The notes beneath the pieces were generated by a model. The model was not told the origin of the DNA and searched no databases. It saw nothing but the letters and a program-made list of their open reading frames with translations. The position numbers and the translations under genes are program-made. A stretch of DNA of 54,306 nucleotides, filler included, from Bipalium vagum (Eukaryota): assembly GCA_037834085.1 (NCBI GenBank). It is 3 parts of 3 records of this genome, joined end to end, with 100 filler letters (N's around TTAATTAATTAA, not from the genome) between each part and the next. Parts side by side here need not be neighbours in the genome. Positions count along the whole stretch, not along the records: positions 35,614 to 54,306 come from JBBMKC010022704.1; 2 more parts are not named here. One strand, given 5' to 3'. This document shows positions 49,731-54,306 of the stretch, in pieces (the stretch's first letter is position 1; every line of letters begins with the position of its first letter).

Positions 49731-52718
49731 AATTATAGTTCACGAAATCAATATATATATATCAAGATATCAAGACATGAAGAGTGCAAGATGTAAGTAA
49801 TTTCACTCAATCCCCAAAATGTTTCAATGAGGAAAACATGTTTGACTTTTAATTATATTAATGAATTGATTGTTCGAGGTTTAAGATTGATTATAGTTAT
49901 GCTTAGAGTTTTACTTAATATTCGACTGAATTAATTGGAAAATATCTATTTTGGATCGCAGGATTGACTGAATGTTGGTACCCAGTATCACATTTGAATG
50001 TTATTACTTAAAAAAACAATAGTGCAATATTTGTTAACCACTACTTTATGCAGATATTTAATTTCAAACCTTCAACTTAATTAACTAATTTCCAACAAAA
50101 GTATGTGGTATTAGACAACAAAAAATCGATTCCCGTAACGTTGACAGCTAACATCATTAGAAGTTGTTTAAAAAAAACTTGCAGAAAAGAATTTTATCAA
50201 GAACTAGCAATAAATCAATGTATTTTTTATTAATACTCTTTGAAAAGATAAAAAAAATTTATCGTTATTAATATGATTAGAGAGGTAATAAATAATTAGT
50301 GGAGCACTCATTGTGTTAAATATTTTAATTTATTCTTTGAAAATTTGGTTTGTTTTAATTTATTAATGAAAATATGTCAGGTTTCTTAAAGTGATGCAAT
50401 TAATTAACATTCATTTTTGATATGAATCTATGGAAATACTGTTGAATCGGAATGTAACAACAACATTTGAAACATTATTTTTTGCTTTATTTTAGAACAG
50501 AATTTTTGGAGACCTTTGCACAAAACATTCGAGAAATAGCTGAATATATACAAAAAGTATGAATTTGGAAATTTAATGAGCTTCTCTTCAATATTCAAAT
50601 AGACATTGGATATATGAATTCAATTTGTCGACTAATTCTATGAATAGGCTGAATTTGCACTGTACAATATTTACTATTGCATTAATCGAAATACCAACCC
50701 CTTATTGTCACCTATCTATTAGTCTGAAGTTATTAAATAATAACATGACAATTAGAATGTATAATAAATAAGTTCGAAAGATTTTTTATAGGAAAATTGA
50801 TCTCGACTCTATTAAATCGTGCCTATAAATTACACTAAGTGTATTTCAAGTGATACCTGAAATATAAATTACTGATCTGATTTGTACTAGTTGCAATGCA
50901 AAGTCAATTTGTTTTTTCTTGTGATCTGAAGGTTGATACGAAATGTAAATCAATATTTTTAAAAATGTTAATCATATTTAATTATTAAAATTATATTTTT
51001 ATATATCAACACAGAAATCCACCTGAAGCATTAATGTTAGAGGTATTTTAAAAAGTATGTAATATCAGAACAGTCACAAATTAAATATGTACAAGGCAAT
51101 GTTTGAAAATTCAAACTTCGGGTTGCTTTAATTTCTCAATTTTATTTCTTAGGAAAACGAGAAAACAGATTTTGAGGAACCTGGAAAATGAAAGTTAAGA
51201 AGTCGCTCGAAACTTTTAAAGAGTTTTTAGAGTGATGGCAGCCAGCAAGTAAAGAATTTCTGTGATTTAACGACACTACTCGCTGCCTATCTACTTGTCT
51301 TCTCTGTTAGTTAATCTCAAACTCAGCTCAGCGAGGGACCCATCTGAAAGATGTTTGATTAAAAATTACTTTCTGATTTGCACTTAATTGCTAAACTGTT
51401 CATATTATGCTAGGGAAACGGTGAATATTATTATAGGGGACTAGATGAGACTATTATATAAGACAAGAGATTTGTTATGGAATTATTATTATTTGTTATT
51501 TAATAATAATTATTATTATTTGCTATTTCGTTATTTCTTGTAAGAATTGTGATTTACAGAAGACTTAATTAAATGCGTTAATAGATGATATGATCAATAA
51601 ATTTGTTCTTTTAGCTTTATGAACTTGATTTATAAAACGAGGCACTACAAATTTTTATTTCCCAATTATTATTAATATTTCGTAGACGGATAAAAATTGG
51701 ATTAATAATATTTGTCACGTCAACTTTTGTAATGTGACTCCATAATTCGTTTCAGTTGAGCATGCCTGAGTTACTCAATTCAAACTGGGATGAATGTAAA
51801 TCAACAAGAGGCGATAGTTTTGAATTTTTCAATCTGAAGGAGTTTTCATAAATGGTAATAAATCGCATTATGTATTGTCGAAAACGGTAAGTCAATTCGA
51901 CAAAACTTAATGCCTTTTCTTAAATAAAAGACCCCAATGACATATCCCCAAGCCATAGCTCAACGTTTTAGGTATCTTAATCGTAGCAGTGATGAAGATT
52001 GATACAAATAATACAAAAATCGAACTGTCTTTATTTGAAACTCATGAAACCACTAAGAACAAGAAATATAGACCGAGATATAATTTGAGACGATTCTCAA
52101 CTTATTTGAAAAATTGCCTGACCATCTCCTTGCAACGGTTGAAAAACATCATTTTTAAGTTCCACAGATCTGATTGGATCAGACTAAATTGAATTTCAAT
52201 AAAGATGGTTTTGTAAATTATTCGGAATACTATTTAGCATATTCTGGAAATATTCCTCTCATAGACCACACGTGTTCGCTCAACTCAATGATTATCGGAT
52301 CAATCACAGAAATTTATTAATGATTATTTTGGGTTATATCCTTTGCTTTTTAGAATAGTAATAAAATTTCTATTAATTTATAAATTTTTTGCCCTAGGAA
52401 GCTGATAGGTTAATAAAATTCAATGGATAGTTGAACAAGCTCATTTTAAACTTTTAAATTTGGTCCAAAAGGAAAAAGCAACTCCATCTTATTAGTGGAA
52501 GAATACCCGGGAAATTTTTTATTTGACATATTCTTAGTAAATTGACTTGTTATGAAAATTGATCGACTTTGCTGAAAATGTCAAAATTATATTTAAATTC
52601 CATAAAAAGATACTTATAATCACCTCTAGTTGAAAACAGAGCAATTAATTCTTCTGAATTCCTTCTTTCTTTAACTTTTTCAATCATCTGACTACAAAAA
52701 AAAATTATCACTGTCCTA

Positions 52719-52741
52719 ATCATCATCATCATCATCATCAT
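52719..52741. repeat. (CAT)n microsatellite
   Basis: Directly visible. It produces the poly-M of spurious ORF 52550..52741. Confidence 0.85.
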
Positions 52742-53368
52742 GTATTAAAATTTGAGAGAAATAACTCAAAATCTTACTATTTCTTTGAGGTCGAAATTTT
52801 ACCTAATACTATATTTGTTAAAAAGATTGAAATTGAAGATCACAAAGTATAAAAAATAACTGTTACATAATGTTAAATAATAGTAAAACTGTAATAATAA
52901 TTAACTGTGACTTAATTTGACCTAGGTAATGACCTATATTAACAGTACAACTATGTCGGTCATTGACCAAGTCACACTATCGTCCTAAACAATCTAAAGT
53001 ACAGGAATATGATGTATATGTTTTCCCATATTTCATCTTATAAATGACCTGATAATCTTTATTTCAACTTATTTTAAAGTTATTTTATGGTACCATAGAA
53101 CAACTTATTGAAGGTATGAGTTATAATTCTTCACAATTGCGATATTTTCTATTCCGTTTACCAAATTATTCAGTTCCCACTAAAAATGAGAACTAAGAGG
53201 TGGAGACAAAGAAATCAATAATAAATTTAAATCAATTTCTTAAAAAAATATTTATTGATTATTTAAAGCTAATTTCATAAAAGAAGAAATCATAAAATAA
53301 TAAATAAATAATAATGAAATTGTATTATAAAAGAGAAAATACAGTAAACTAACCAGTTTTATTCGGAA

Positions 53369-54306
53369 TACAAGGTTCGGTCCATAAGTAATGCACAATA
53401 ATTCAAAATAAATCAAACGATGTAATTTATCAGTTTAATAGTAATATTTTCTTATAAATTAATCTATGCTCTTTCATAATCTATAATCATAATTAATCCA
53501 TTTATTTGAATTTTGTAGATATGGCGTCAGATACAAACATACGATTTAGGCAACGGTCAGTAATAGAATTTTTATTTAAGTCTGGTCACGTTTCGGCCAC
53601 GACCATCTATGAAAAAATGAAAGCTGTGTATAAAGATGAAACCCTGGACAAAAGCTTTATTCAGTGATGGATTCAGCGCTTTGATGCTGGTGATTTTGAT
53701 ATCACAGACAAAGAAAAGGTAGGCAGGCCTTCTTCGGTAAGAAAAGAAGAAAATTTGGCTCTTGTGGATAAAATGGTCAGGGATAACAGAACAATGACAA
53801 CGTATGATTTGATGGAAAAATTTGTTATGGCTAACTATCCTCAAAATTCTATCAGATCTGGGGTATCGAAAAATATGTTCAGAATGGGTGCCGAAGCTTC
53901 TCACAAAAGAAATGATGAAAAATCGGAAAGACATTTGCTTAAAACTTATGAAATCTTTCCCTGAATCTTCATCTTCGGAGGCCTTTAAAGGTGTCATTAC
54001 ATGTGATGAGACTTGGGTTCATCATTATGACCCTTCTTCGAAACGCCAATCAATGGAATGGACCCATAAAACGTCCCAAGTCAAGAAAAAACCAAAACTT
54101 TCTCTCTCCAAAAACAAAATTATGATGGACAGTCTTGAAAGACATTCGACACTCAACCAGGAAAGATATTGTCAATCTTTTAAAAAACTAAATAGAGCAA
54201 TCTCAATCAAAAGACCGGGCCTAAAAGACACCCATAAAATTTCATCATGACAATGCAAGACCTCACACGGCCAAGCATACGCTGGAAAAAATTTCAAATT
54301 ATGGAT
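53369..54306 (+). mobile_element. Mariner (irritans-like) pseudogenised transposase, runs off the window end
   Basis: TA-CAAGGTTCGGTCCATAAGTAATGCAC terminus. ATG 53521 gives MASDTNIRFRQRSVIEFLF. Premature TGA at 53665. GRP, WVPKLL, ITCDETWVHHYDPSSKRQSMEW and HHDNARPH motifs, with frameshifts. Confidence 0.92.

Noticed and set aside
53572-53997. 141-aa minus-strand ORF
   Set aside because: Antisense shadow of the mariner transposase.
1-54306. CRISPR array, operon or prokaryotic defence system; alternative genetic code
   Set aside because: No regularly spaced repeats. Genes are spliced eukaryotic genes that translate cleanly in the standard code.

Overview
This is AT-rich eukaryotic (metazoan-type) genomic DNA from a fragmented draft assembly, not a prokaryotic locus. 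It has canonical GT-AG spliceosomal introns in two size classes: about 42-122 bp, and 2-8 kb, the larger ones often holding transposon relics. Host genes read by hand-splicing: (1) an orphan secreted Cys-rich protein (2340-3589, +); (2) a TMEM185-family membrane protein (14097-15020, -); (3) an IQSEC/BRAG/schizo-type Sec7-PH Arf-GEF with six recognisable exons (18196-34347, +, both ends not found); (4) a secreted C-type lectin plus PAN/apple protein (40532-41273, -); (5) a complete eight-exon SSBP2/3/4 (Ssdp, LUFS/LisH) gene (44237-48941, +). The rest is mostly decayed transposons: many mariner/Tc1/DD37D copies, hAT elements, MITEs, a Gypsy-like LTR relic and non-LTR relics. Two 100-bp 'N44-TTAATTAATTAA-N44' blocks are artificial joins, so gene neighbourhood across them is unproven. 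No rRNA, tRNA or CRISPR array is supported. I found no clear-cut new multi-gene system. The best novelty candidates are the orphan secreted precursor and the CTL-PAN lectin.
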